From contig JBBQUR010000005.1 of NCBI GenBank assembly GCA_038212275.1, positions 204,659 to 268,658 of the forward strand: 64,000 nt of DNA, in the 5' to 3' direction. Made by a program: the position numbers and the translations under genes. Position 1 is the stretch's first letter. Every line of letters starts with the position of its first letter. The notes beneath the pieces are model-generated. The model saw only the letters and a list, made by a program, of their open reading frames with translations, ran no database searches and had not been told where the DNA came from. This stretch comes from Planctomycetota bacterium (GTDB lineage: Bacteria; Planctomycetota; B15-G4). Of the stretch, positions 42,332 to 52,007 are shown piece after piece.

Positions 42332-44338
42332 GTGCCTGATTCAGGCGCCCATGGCCCCTCGTCGGAGAGTGGTGGGTCGGCCATGGCGCCGCCGGACGCC
42401 TCGGCGCGCAGCGCGGAGTTCCGTGCGCACGGCAGCGACACGGCGCACGGCAAGGAGCTGCTGGGCCTGGTCATCGGCGCCCTGGGCGTCGTCTATGGCG
42501 ACATCGCCACCAGCCCGCTCTACGCGATGAAGCAGTGCTTCTTCGGCATGTCGAGCGTGCCGGTGACGACGCCCAACGTGCTCGGCGTGCTGTCGCTCAT
42601 CGTGTGGTCGCTGGTGCTCGTGGTGTCCATCAAATACCTGGCGCTGGTCATGCGCGCGGACAATCGCGGCGAGGGCGGCATCCTCTCGCTCATGGCGCTG
42701 GCGCGGCCCGAGGCGGGTGTGGCCGGGCCGGCGGGGGCAAAGCGGCGCAAGAGCCGCGGTCGGCTGGTCTTCCTCGGGCTCTTCGGCGCGGCGCTGCTCT
42801 ACGGCGACGGCATGATCACGCCGGCCATCTCCGTGCTCTCCGCGGTGGAGGGCCTGGAGGTCGTGACGCCGACCTTCCAGCCCTACGTCGTGCCGATCAC
42901 GGTGGGCGTGCTGCTCGCGCTTTTCATGGTGCAGAAGCGCGGCACCGCCGGCGTGGGCGCGGTCTTCGGGCCCGTCACGTGCCTGTGGCTGCTGGCCATC
43001 TCGGCGCTCGGAGTGCGCGGCATCCTGCTGGAGCCCGGCGTGCTGGCGGCGGTGAACCCCGTGCACGCGGCGGAGTTCTTCGTGCGCAACGGCTCGGCGG
43101 GCTTCTTCGTGCTGGGCGCCGTCTTCCTCGTCGTGACGGGCGGAGAGGCGCTTTACGCGGACATGGGTCACTTCGGCAAGCGCCCGATCCAGATCGCGTG
43201 GTTCGTGCTGGTCTTCCCGGCGCTGCTGCTCAACTACTTCGGGCAGGGCGCACTCGTGCTGCGCGACGGCGAGGCGGCGCACAATCCCTTCTTCCTGCTG
43301 GCGCCGGACTGGGCGCTGTATCCGCTGGTGGTGCTGGGCACGAGCGCGGCCATCATCGCGTCGCAGGCGATGATCACGGGGGCTTACTCGCTCACGCGCC
43401 AGGCGATGCAGCTGGGCTACTGCCCGCGGCTCTCCATCGAGCAGACCTCCGAGCAGCGCATCGGCCAGGTCTACATGCCCTCCATCAACTGGATGCTGTG
43501 CGTGTGCACGCTGGGCCTCGTGCTGGGCTTCCGCACGGCCGACAACCTCGCCGCCGCCTACGGCATCGCCGTCACGACGACGATGGTCATCACCACCATC
43601 CTCTTCTACGTGGTGGCTCGCGACCGCTGGAAGTGGCCGCTGTGGCTGGCCGGCCTCGTCGCGCTGATCTTCCTCGCGATGGACGGAGCCTTCTTCGCAG
43701 CCAACATCGTGAAGATCGCGGCCGGCGGCTGGTTCCCGCTCGCGGTGGCCGCCGTGATCTACCTGCTCATGGCGACGTGGAAACGCGGCCGGCGCATCCT
43801 CAGCGAGAAGGTGCGCACGAGCGACCTGCCGCTGGAGACCTTCCTGCGCGACATCGGCAGCTATTCGCCGGTGCGCGTGCCGGGCACTGCGGTCTTCATG
43901 ACGCGCGACGCGCACGGCACGCCGCTCTCGCTGCTGCACAACATCAAGCACAATCACGTGCTGCACAAGCGCGTCGTGATCCTCACCATCACGGTGGAGG
44001 AGGTGCCGCACGTGCCGCGCAAGGAATGCCTGACGGTGGAGTCGCTGGGACACGGCGTCTGGCGCCTCGTCGCGCGCTACGGCTTCATGCAGGACCCGAG
44101 CGTGCCCGAGATCCTCGCGCTGGCCGGCGAGCAGAACCTGGAGTTCCAGCTCCAGCGCACCACCTTCTTCCTGAGCCGCGAGACGCTGGTGCCCAGCGAC
44201 ATCGATGCCCTCAACTTCTGGTCCTTCTGGCGCGAGAGGCTCTTCACCGCGATGTCGCGCAACGCCCAGAGCGCGACGGCCTTCTACCGCATCCCGCCCG
44301 ACCGCGTGGTGGAGATGGGCACGCAGGTCGAGCTTTAG
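42332..44338 (+). CDS. kup: Potassium transporter Kup (start may be ATG 42383)
   Basis: GVVYGDIATSPLY, ADNRGEGG, GDGMITPAISVLSAVEG, EALYADMGHFG, YGFMQ. Confidence 0.97.
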   Translation: MPDSGAHGPSSESGGSAMAPPDASARSAEFRAHGSDTAHGKELLGLVIGALGVVYGDIATSPLYAMKQCFFGMSSVPVTTPNVLGVLSLIVWSLVLVVSIKYLALVMRADNRGEGGILSLMALARPEAGVAGPAGAKRRKSRGRLVFLGLFGAALLYGDGMITPAISVLSAVEGLEVVTPTFQPYVVPITVGVLLALFMVQKRGTAGVGAVFGPVTCLWLLAISALGVRGILLEPGVLAAVNPVHAAEFFVRNGSAGFFVLGAVFLVVTGGEALYADMGHFGKRPIQIAWFVLVFPALLLNYFGQGALVLRDGEAAHNPFFLLAPDWALYPLVVLGTSAAIIASQAMITGAYSLTRQAMQLGYCPRLSIEQTSEQRIGQVYMPSINWMLCVCTLGLVLGFRTADNLAAAYGIAVTTTMVITTILFYVVARDRWKWPLWLAGLVALIFLAMDGAFFAANIVKIAAGGWFPLAVAAVIYLLMATWKRGRRILSEKVRTSDLPLETFLRDIGSYSPVRVPGTAVFMTRDAHGTPLSLLHNIKHNHVLHKRVVILTITVEEVPHVPRKECLTVESLGHGVWRLVARYGFMQDPSVPEILALAGEQNLEFQLQRTTFFLSRETLVPSDIDALNFWSFWRERLFTAMSRNAQSATAFYRIPPDRVVEMGTQVEL

Positions 44339-44460
44339 CGGCCTGAGTCGCGTGTCCGGTGAGCGCCAGGCTCGAAATCCGGTCATGAGCCGAAACAACG
44401 GCGCACCGCTGCGGCGTGGCCGGTGTTGGGAGGCACATCCCCTCAGCAGGAGTGCGACTC

Positions 44461-44736
44461 ATGAACGGCAACGGCTCGGACTTTCTCTGGTTCATCCTCG
44501 TCGGTCTCATCGCCGGCTGGCTGGCCGGCGTGCTGGTCAAGGGCGGTGGCTTCGGTGTCATCGGCGACATCGTCGTCGGCATTCTCGGCGCGCTGCTCGG
44601 TGGCTACGTCTTTGGCGCCATGGGCATCTCGTCCGGCGGCGGCCTGCTCGGCGCGATCATCGTGGCGACGATCGGCGCGATCCTGCTGATCGTCATCCTG
44701 CGTCTCGTGCGCGGCGGCTCACGCACCAGCACCTGA
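44461..44736 (+). CDS. GlsB/YeaQ/YmgE (transglycosylase-associated) membrane protein
   Basis: GLIAGWLA...G.IGDIVVGILGALLGG...ATIGA; AGGAG RBS. Confidence 0.93.
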   Translation: MNGNGSDFLWFILVGLIAGWLAGVLVKGGGFGVIGDIVVGILGALLGGYVFGAMGISSGGGLLGAIIVATIGAILLIVILRLVRGGSRTST

Positions 44737-44759
44737 CCTCGGCCTCGGACCTCGAAACA

Positions 44760-44808
44760 CGCGCCCGGCATCCGCACGACAGGTGCGATGCCGGGCGCGC
44801 TTTCGTTC
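44760..44808. terminator. Probable intrinsic terminator between convergent genes
   Basis: CGCGCCCGGCAT...ATGCCGGGCGCG stem (extended by CGCAC/GTGCG) followed by CTTTCGTT. Confidence 0.65.
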
Positions 44809-44817
44809 TGCACGGCC

Positions 44818-45504
44818 TCAGCGCGCCGCCGCACCCCGGTCGATGACCATGATCTCATCGAGCGGCTTGCGCGAGAGCGCGGCCTGCGGCACCACGCAGT
44901 CGTCGGCGGGATAGCCGACGGGAACGAGCACGAAGGCGCGCTCGTGTTCGGGGCGGCCGAGGACCTGGGCGAGGAAATTCATCGGCGACGGCGTGTGCGT
45001 CACGGTGGCGAGGCCCGCGTGGTGCGCCGCGGCGAGCAGCAGGCCCGTCGCGATGCCGACGGACTCGGCGGGGTAGTAGACCGCGCCGCCGTCGTCGCCC
45101 TTCATGAGCTTGAACACGACGATGAGCCAGGGCGCGATCTCGAGGAAGTCCTTGTTCGGATCCGTGCCCAGCGGCGAGAGGTCGGCGAGCCAGCGCTCGC
45201 CGGCGCGGCTGGCGTAGAACTCGCGCTCCTCGGCCTCGGCGGCCTGACGGATGGCGGCCTTCAGCGCCGGGTCGCGCACGCACACGAAGCGCCACGGCTG
45301 CTTGTTCGCGCCGCTCGGCGCGGAGCCCGCCGTGCGCACGATCCACTCGATCGTGGCCTGGCTCACGGGCCGGTCGCTGAACATGCGCACCGTGCGGCGC
45401 AGCCGCATGACCTCGAAGAAGGCACGCGCCGCAGTCTCCGGAGACTGCGCCGGGCTGTAGCGGTCCGCATAAGGGACGAAGACGGGCTGCGGTGCACTGG
45501 TCAT
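44818..45504 (-). CDS. Nitroreductase superfamily, iodotyrosine deiodinase (IYD)-like
   Basis: RRTVRMFS, APSGANKQPW, AEAEEREFY, LGTDPNKDFL, ESVGIA, THTPSPM, PVGYP. Confidence 0.88.
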   Translation of the reverse strand: MTSAPQPVFVPYADRYSPAQSPETAARAFFEVMRLRRTVRMFSDRPVSQATIEWIVRTAGSAPSGANKQPWRFVCVRDPALKAAIRQAAEAEEREFYASRAGERWLADLSPLGTDPNKDFLEIAPWLIVVFKLMKGDDGGAVYYPAESVGIATGLLLAAAHHAGLATVTHTPSPMNFLAQVLGRPEHERAFVLVPVGYPADDCVVPQAALSRKPLDEIMVIDRGAAAR

Positions 45505-45650
45505 CGGAGGCAGAGCGTAGCGCAAGCGAGCGCGGGATCCGCGCCGCCTCGCGCCGTGGCTGACCGCCTCGCGCCGATGCTGGCCGACGCGGGCCGACGC
45601 CGCTTGCCAAGCGCCGCTTGGCCGGCGCACGCTCGTGCCTGATCTGGTGC

Positions 45651-45708
45651 CCATGCACCATGCACCATGCACCGTGTGCCGTGCACCGTGCACCGTGCAC
45701 CGTGCACC
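45651..45708. repeat. 7-bp tandem repeat (CCRTGCA)n
   Basis: About 8 units, read directly. Confidence 0.85.
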
Positions 45709-45719
45709 TGAGCGCACTC

Positions 45720-45752
45720 GTGTGATGTTGAGGCACTGCCTCAACATCACAC
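45720..45752. repeat. Perfect 33-bp palindrome (16-bp arms, 1-nt centre)
   Basis: GTGTGATGTTGAGGCA-C-TGCCTCAACATCACAC. Confidence 0.95.
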
Positions 45753-45916
45753 AGGTGGCGAGATCGACCACGCACGGTCTCCGAAATCGGCCGTCTCCGA
45801 GGCCGACGACGGCGAAGCGCCGCGGGAGCCTGCGTTTCGTCGGGGCGCGGTCAGTCGCTATTCTGCTTTCGCGGAGAGCACCTCGGATCCCGTGGCGCCG
45901 GCGGAGCCTGACATCG

Positions 45917-47335
45917 ATGGACGAGACCGCCCTGCTCTGGTCGCGCGCGCAGTTCGCGCTGACCAACATGTTTCACTACATCTATCCGCCGCTGTCCATC
46001 GGCATCTCCTTGTTCCTGGTCGTGGTCACGACGCTGTACATGCTCACGCGACAGCCGGTCTGGCTGCAAGTCGCGCGCTTCTGGATCAAGGTCTTCGCGC
46101 TCACCTTCACCATCGGTGTCGCCACGGGCATCCCGATGGAGTTCCAGTTCGGCACCAACTGGGCGGACTACAGCCGCTTCGTGGGCGACGTCTTCGGCAG
46201 CGCGCTCGCGGCCGAGGGCGTCTTCGCCTTCTTTCTGGAGTCCGGCTTCCTCGCGCTGCTGCTCTTCGGGGCTGGACGCATCCCGGTCTGGCTGCACTAC
46301 CTCAGCACGATCCTCGTCGCGGCGGGCGCGCACTTCTCCGCGATGTGGATCGTCGTCGCCAACTCGTGGATGCAGACGCCCGCGGGCTTTCACGTGGTGG
46401 ACGGCCCCAACGGCGCGCGCGCCGAGGTCACGGACTTCTGGGCCATGGTCTGGAACCCGTCCTCGGGGATGCGCCTCACGCACGTGCTCATGGGGGCGTG
46501 GCTGGCCGGCGCCTTCTTCGTCATGTCGGTGAGCGCCTTCTACCTGCTGCGTCGGCGGCACGAGGAGTTCGCGCGCGCGTCGGTGAAGGTGGCCCTGCCC
46601 ATCGCGACGATCATCGCGCTGGGTCAGCTGCTCTACTCGGGCCACGAGAGCGCGCGCATCGTGGCGCAGCACCAGCCCGTGAAGTTCGCCGCGATGGAGG
46701 GCCACTGGGAGGACGGCACGCCGGGTGACCTGACCGTCGTCGGCTGGATCGACGAGGCGGGCGGAACGACGCACGGCCTGCAACTGCCCGGGATGACGAG
46801 CTGGCTGCTGAGCGGCGACACGCGTGCGCCGGTGCCGGGCCTCTCGCGCGCCGTGCCCGCCGACCGGCCACCGCTGCAGATCACCTTCCAGGCCTATCAC
46901 GCGATGATCGGCATCGGCATGTCGCTCATCGCGCTGTCGCTGCTGGGCTGCGTGCTCTGGATGCGCGGTGCGCTGTGGCGCACGCGGCCGGTGCTGTGGT
47001 GCTTCGTCTTTGCGGTCTTCCTGCCCATGGCCGCCAACGAGCTGGGCTGGATCGCCGCGGAAGTCGGCCGCCAGCCGTGGATCGTGCAGGGTCTCATGCG
47101 CACCGCGCAGGGCGTCTCTCCGCAGCTGAGCGGCGGCCAGGTCATCGGTTCCACCACGCTCTTCCTCGTGGTCTACCTGCTGCTGTTCGCCGTCTTCGTC
47201 TTCGTGCTGGACCGCAAGATCCGCCACGGGCCCGATGAGCCGGATGTCTCGGGGCCGATCGTGCCGCTGCCGGGCAGGCTTGCCGACGCGGTGGCGGGCG
47301 CGCTCCGGCACGATGACGGGCGGGCCGACGCATGA
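45917..47335 (+). CDS. cydA: Cytochrome bd ubiquinol oxidase subunit I
   Basis: RAQFA..MFHY, MEFQFGTNW, FFLESGF, ANSWMQTP, QPVKFAAMEG, GWIAAEVGRQPW. Confidence 0.97.
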   Translation: MDETALLWSRAQFALTNMFHYIYPPLSIGISLFLVVVTTLYMLTRQPVWLQVARFWIKVFALTFTIGVATGIPMEFQFGTNWADYSRFVGDVFGSALAAEGVFAFFLESGFLALLLFGAGRIPVWLHYLSTILVAAGAHFSAMWIVVANSWMQTPAGFHVVDGPNGARAEVTDFWAMVWNPSSGMRLTHVLMGAWLAGAFFVMSVSAFYLLRRRHEEFARASVKVALPIATIIALGQLLYSGHESARIVAQHQPVKFAAMEGHWEDGTPGDLTVVGWIDEAGGTTHGLQLPGMTSWLLSGDTRAPVPGLSRAVPADRPPLQITFQAYHAMIGIGMSLIALSLLGCVLWMRGALWRTRPVLWCFVFAVFLPMAANELGWIAAEVGRQPWIVQGLMRTAQGVSPQLSGGQVIGSTTLFLVVYLLLFAVFVFVLDRKIRHGPDEPDVSGPIVPLPGRLADAVAGALRHDDGRADA

Positions 47336-48348
47336 GCCTGAACGACATCTGGTTCGTGCTCGTCGGCGTGCTGCTCGCCGGCTACGCGGTGCTGGACGGC
47401 TTCGACCTCGGCGTCGGCATGCTGCATCTCGTCGCGCGCGGCGACGAGGAACGCCGCCTCTCGCTCAACTCCATCGGCCCGGTGTGGGACGGCAACGAGG
47501 TCTGGCTCGTGGTGGGCGGCGGCGCGCTCTTCGCGGCATTCCCCGAGGCCTACGCCACGGTGTTCTCCGGCTTCTACACGGCGTTCATGCTGCTGCTCAT
47601 GACGCTCATCTTCCGCGGCGTCGCCATCGAGTTCCGCAGCAAGCGGCCCTCGCCGACCTGGCGCTCTTTCTGGGATACCGCCTTCGCGGCGGGCAGCTTC
47701 GGCGCGGCGCTGCTCATCGGCGTGGCCTTCGGCAATCTCGCCGCCGGCGTGCCGCTGGACGAACACCGCAACATCACGCTGAGTTTCACCGGATTGCTGG
47801 CGCCCTACCCCCTGCTCGTCGGCCTCTCGGTCGTGACGTTGCTCGCGCTGCACGGCGCCATCTATCTCGTCGTGAAGACCGAGGGCGCACTGCAGGCGCG
47901 CATGCAGGCCGCGACGGACCGGCTGATGATCGCCTTCATCCTGCTCTACGTCGCCACGACGCTGGTGACGCTGCTGCACCACGAGCACCTGGCGGCACCC
48001 TTCCGCGAGCATCCCGCGCTGGGGCTGCTCCCTCTGGCGGCGCTGCTCGCCGTGGCGAACATCCCGCGCGAGATTCATCACGGACGTCCGCTGCGCGCCT
48101 TCCTCTCGTCGGGGGCGACCATCGTGCTGCTCATGGCGCTGGTGGCGATCGGCCTGTACCCGAACCTGGTGCTGTCCGATCCGCACCCTGAGCTCAGCCT
48201 CGACATTCACAACGCGGCGTCGTCTCCCGCGACGCTGCGCGTGATGCTCATCATCGCGGCCATCGGCATGCCGCTCGTGCTCGGCTACACCGCGGTCGTC
48301 TACTGGATCTTCCGCGGCAAGACGCGCCTCGGGCCGCACAGTTACTGA
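47332..48348 (+). CDS. cydB: Cytochrome bd ubiquinol oxidase subunit II
   Basis: LDGFDLGVG, PVWDGNEVWL, FRGVAIEFR, YWIFRGK. Confidence 0.97.
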   Translation: MSLNDIWFVLVGVLLAGYAVLDGFDLGVGMLHLVARGDEERRLSLNSIGPVWDGNEVWLVVGGGALFAAFPEAYATVFSGFYTAFMLLLMTLIFRGVAIEFRSKRPSPTWRSFWDTAFAAGSFGAALLIGVAFGNLAAGVPLDEHRNITLSFTGLLAPYPLLVGLSVVTLLALHGAIYLVVKTEGALQARMQAATDRLMIAFILLYVATTLVTLLHHEHLAAPFREHPALGLLPLAALLAVANIPREIHHGRPLRAFLSSGATIVLLMALVAIGLYPNLVLSDPHPELSLDIHNAASSPATLRVMLIIAAIGMPLVLGYTAVVYWIFRGKTRLGPHSY

Positions 48349-48425
48349 GGGTGCACGGATCAGGAGGGCGCGCGGCGTCCGTGCTGGTTGCCGCTCTGCA
48401 GCAACTGTGGCAGAGTCGGTGAATC

Positions 48426-49397
48426 GTGAGCGATGCGGCGCCGCAACACCTGAGGTCACTCATCGCCGCCCAGCCCTCGCCGCTGGTGAGCCTCACGGCC
48501 ATCACGGCCCTGCCGAGCCGCCGGCCGCCGCGCACCTTCCGGCTGGCCTTCGCGGATGGCAGCCTGCTCAAGGGCCGGCAGCTGGACAGCGAGGCCCAAG
48601 CCGCCCGGATGCAGCGACTGACGGCGCTCGCGGGCGGCGACTTCAGCCAGGTGCTCGCGCGCACGCACGACGCCGTGCTCGAGGAGTGGGTGCCCGGTCG
48701 CGCGCTGTCCTCGACGGAGGACACGCAGGTCGCGCTGATCGCGCGCTGCGGCGCGATGCTCGGGCGCCTGCACGCGCTGGCCGCTCCGGCGGACCCTGCG
48801 GACCCTGCGGGCGCGACGACTGCGCCAAACACGGCAGACGCGGCAGACGCGCCGCCCGACGGTGTGTCGTGGGCGATGGCGAAAATCCGGGATGACCTGC
48901 ACGAGGCGCAGTCGCTGGGCGTGCTCGCACGCAACACGGCACGCGACGTTCGACGTCTTGCGGAGAGCTTCCGTCCCGCGACGGCTTCGGTCGGCATCGT
49001 GCACGTGGACTTCTGCGGCGAAAACCTCGTGCAGGCCGACGAGGGACGCCTCGTGTGCGTCGACAACGCGACGCTGCGCCTCGGGCCACACGACTATGAC
49101 CTGGCGCGCAGCTGCACACGCTGGCCGCTGAACGCGAGGGGCCGCCAGGCCTTCCTCGCAGGCTACGGCGCGCACCGCAGCGCGGCCGACTTCCTGCGCG
49201 CCGCGCCGTTCTGGCTGCTTCAGGCGCTGCTGGTGTCGATCGCGTATCGCGCCCGGCTCGGTTCGGCCGGCGTGAGCGAGCCTCTCGCGCTGCTGGCGCG
49301 GCTGCTCGCCCACGAGACTCCCCAGGACATCGTGCACAGCGGCTTCGGGCCGCCGGAGCCGCCGGCGGTGGGCGCAGGCCGCGCGCTCATGCGCTGA
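48426..49397 (+). CDS. APH-like phosphotransferase (kinase fold)
   Basis: EEWVPG, LGRLH, catalytic loop HVDFCGEN, CVD, YDLA. Confidence 0.75.
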   Translation: MSDAAPQHLRSLIAAQPSPLVSLTAITALPSRRPPRTFRLAFADGSLLKGRQLDSEAQAARMQRLTALAGGDFSQVLARTHDAVLEEWVPGRALSSTEDTQVALIARCGAMLGRLHALAAPADPADPAGATTAPNTADAADAPPDGVSWAMAKIRDDLHEAQSLGVLARNTARDVRRLAESFRPATASVGIVHVDFCGENLVQADEGRLVCVDNATLRLGPHDYDLARSCTRWPLNARGRQAFLAGYGAHRSAADFLRAAPFWLLQALLVSIAYRARLGSAGVSEPLALLARLLAHETPQDIVHSGFGPPEPPAVGAGRALMR

Positions 49398-49433
49398 GCC
49401 GCGCCGGCGCCGCGCGGCCTTCCGCGGAGTCGG

Positions 49434-49510
49434 CCACGCATTGGCGCCCACGCATTGGCGCCCACGCACTGTCGGCCAGGCATTGGCGGGCACGCGTTGG
49501 CGGCCACGCG
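49434..49510. repeat. 14-bp degenerate tandem repeat CCACGCATTGGCGC
   Basis: About 5 units filling the gap between convergent genes. Confidence 0.8.
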
Positions 49511-49514
49511 ACCG

Positions 49515-50591
49515 TCAGTCGACGGGCCACTGGAAACTCTGCGAGGGCGAGAGTCGCGACAGCGTGCGCGGGAGGTCGAGCGTGAGCCGTCGCGCCCAGT
49601 CTCCGAACGCGTCGTAGGGATAGGCGCGCTGGAACCAGACCGGATTCTCCGGGTTGTCGCGCGGGCGCTGGACGATGGCGAGCGCTTCGGCGGTATCGCG
49701 AATCTGCACCATGGCCAGCCGCCTTTCCAGCGCGCGGCGCAGGCCTGGAAACTCCGCGCCGACGCGCCACACCGAGACGAACACCGCCAGCACGTTGACG
49801 CACGGCTTGTCCAGCGATTCCGCGTGGCGTCGCGCGAGGAATCCCTCCCAATCCAGCGCGTCACCCTGCGCGCGCAGGATCAGGTAGAGATCGAGGAAGC
49901 AGCGCACGGGGCAGGCGCCGCGGCGCAGGTCGCCGCACATCGCGAGCAGCAGGAACATGAGCGCATGCTCGTCGCCGAGCGTCTCGAAAGTCTGCCCGGC
50001 GAGGGGAAAGCGCAGGCGCGCGTTCCAGAGCTGCTCTTCGTCCACGCGACGGCGCGCGCGGCGGCGCAGATTCCAGTGCACGTCCACCTCGGACTCGCCG
50101 CGGTGCATGCTGCGGCGCACGGCACCCTCGCCGATGCGGCCGGCGTCCTTCGCGTAGCCGAGTTGCTCGAAGATCGCCAGGGCTCGCGGCAGGTCGCGCG
50201 AGCGCACGAGCACGTCCACGTCCTGCTGGTGGCGACGGTGGATGCCGCCGTGGAAACGCTGCCCGAAGCAAAGCCCTTTGAGAAACAGGCAGTCCACCGC
50301 CTCGCGTTCGAAGGTGGCGCGGAGCTCGAGGCAGTCGGAGAGCAGTCGCTCGGTGCGTTGGCGGCGCGCCGGAGCGCTCTCGGCGGCCTGCTGCAGGAAG
50401 CTCGCGGAGAGCATCCGTCGCACGCGCGCGTCGTCGAGCGCCGGCTCCAACCAATGGATGAGCTTGTTCCGCGTGAGGAAGGCCGCGTGTGCGTCCGCGT
50501 CGAAAGCCGGAGCGCGCTGCAGCGCGTCGGCGTAGGCGTCGATGCCGTGCGCGAGCGCCTTGATCGTCGCGATGCTGGCCTGGTAGTCCAT
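49515..50591 (-). CDS. Uncharacterised nucleotidyltransferase (NTP_transf_5-like)
   Basis: LKG....R...DVDVLV, EVDVHW, FLDL. Confidence 0.78.
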   Translation of the reverse strand: MDYQASIATIKALAHGIDAYADALQRAPAFDADAHAAFLTRNKLIHWLEPALDDARVRRMLSASFLQQAAESAPARRQRTERLLSDCLELRATFEREAVDCLFLKGLCFGQRFHGGIHRRHQQDVDVLVRSRDLPRALAIFEQLGYAKDAGRIGEGAVRRSMHRGESEVDVHWNLRRRARRRVDEEQLWNARLRFPLAGQTFETLGDEHALMFLLLAMCGDLRRGACPVRCFLDLYLILRAQGDALDWEGFLARRHAESLDKPCVNVLAVFVSVWRVGAEFPGLRRALERRLAMVQIRDTAEALAIVQRPRDNPENPVWFQRAYPYDAFGDWARRLTLDLPRTLSRLSPSQSFQWPVD

Positions 50592-50604
50592 GGGGAGCGT
50601 GCCC

Positions 50605-51918
50605 TCAGACGAAGTGGCGCACGCCCGCCCACTGGCGGCGCAGCTCAGCGCGGAAATCCGGGTGTGCGATCGAGATGAGGTCCGCCCCGCGTTCGCGCAG
50701 CGTGCGACCGGCCAGGTTCACGGCGCCGAACTCCGTGACGACCCAGTGCACGTGGCCGCGCGTCGTCACGACGCCCGCGCCCTGCTGCAGCTCCATCACG
50801 ATGCGCGAGACCGTGCCGTCGCGCGCCGTGGAGGGCAGCGCGATGATCGGCTTGCCCTGGCGCGAGAGCGCCGCGCCGTGGATGAAGTCCATCTGCCCGC
50901 CGATGCCCGAGTAGATGCGATGGCCGATGGAGTCCGCGCACACCTGGCCCGTGAGGTCGAGCTGCAGCGCGGAGTTGATCGCGACGACGCGGTCGTTGCG
51001 CCGGATGATCGACGTGTCGTTCGTGCGGTCGCACGCGTGGAACTCGACCAGCGCATTGTCGTCCACGTGGTCGTACAGGCGCTGCGAGCCGATGACGAAG
51101 CTGGTGACGCTCCGGCCGGGAAGCACCTCCTTGAATCGGTTGGTGACGACGCCTGCCTCGATGAGGTCCACGACGCGATCGCTGAACATCTCGGTGTGGA
51201 TGCCGAGGTCGCGCTTGCCGAGCAGCCGGCTCGCGACCGCATTCGGGATGGCGCCGATGCCGAGCTGCAGCACGGAGCGATCCTCGACGAGATCGGCGAC
51301 GAGCTCCCCGATGCGTCCCTCCGCATCCGACTCCGGCTCCGCGAGGAGCTCGGGCAGCGGACGGTCGCTGCTCATGCAGGCCGTGAGCCGGCCGAACGGG
51401 ACGGAGCTGTCGCCATGCGTGCGCGGCATCCGCCGGTTGAGTTCCGCGATGACGATCGGCGCGTGGTCCGCCGCCGCACGCGCCGCATCCACCGACGGTC
51501 CGAGCGAGCAGAGACCGTGCGCGCCCGGCGGCGTGAGTTGCAGCAGCGCGGCGTCCAGCTTGATGCTTCCGCCGGAGAAAAGCGCGGGAATGTCCGACAG
51601 GAACACCGGGATGAAGTCCGCGCGTCCCTCGGCGATGGCCACGCGCACGCCGGGCCCCGCGAACAGCGACACCGAGCGCAGCCGGCCGGCCTGCTCCGGC
51701 GCCGCGAAGGGCGTCGGGCCCATCGTGTGCAGGTGGTAGAGCGTGACGTCCGAGAGGTCGGTGCGCCGCGCGAGCGCCTCGACCAGCGGCGTGGGCGTCG
51801 CGCACCCGCCGTGCAGGAAAACCTTCATGCCGCTGCGGATGGGTGCGACGGCCTCGTCGGCGGAAACGGCGCAGGCCGGCCAGTCTGCGGGCGAGTGGGG
51901 CCGTCGATCCGACGTCAT
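50605..51918 (-). CDS. Acetyl-CoA hydrolase/transferase family (4-hydroxybutyrate CoA-transferase-like)
   Basis: LQLGIGAIP, GIHTEM, INSALQLDLTGQV, SGIGGQMDF, VVTEFG. Confidence 0.93.
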   Translation of the reverse strand: MTSDRRPHSPADWPACAVSADEAVAPIRSGMKVFLHGGCATPTPLVEALARRTDLSDVTLYHLHTMGPTPFAAPEQAGRLRSVSLFAGPGVRVAIAEGRADFIPVFLSDIPALFSGGSIKLDAALLQLTPPGAHGLCSLGPSVDAARAAADHAPIVIAELNRRMPRTHGDSSVPFGRLTACMSSDRPLPELLAEPESDAEGRIGELVADLVEDRSVLQLGIGAIPNAVASRLLGKRDLGIHTEMFSDRVVDLIEAGVVTNRFKEVLPGRSVTSFVIGSQRLYDHVDDNALVEFHACDRTNDTSIIRRNDRVVAINSALQLDLTGQVCADSIGHRIYSGIGGQMDFIHGAALSRQGKPIIALPSTARDGTVSRIVMELQQGAGVVTTRGHVHWVVTEFGAVNLAGRTLRERGADLISIAHPDFRAELRRQWAGVRHFV

Positions 51919-52007
51919 GCTCTGTGCGTCTCGCGGGTGGGGCGATCATCGTCCCCCTGTCCGCCGCGGAATCAACACGGTGGGGGCTGCCCGAGGGCGG
52001 CGCGCGC

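Noticed and set aside
48426..50591. Lasso peptide or other RiPP cluster
   Set aside because: No precursor, cyclase, peptidase or RRE gene in the window
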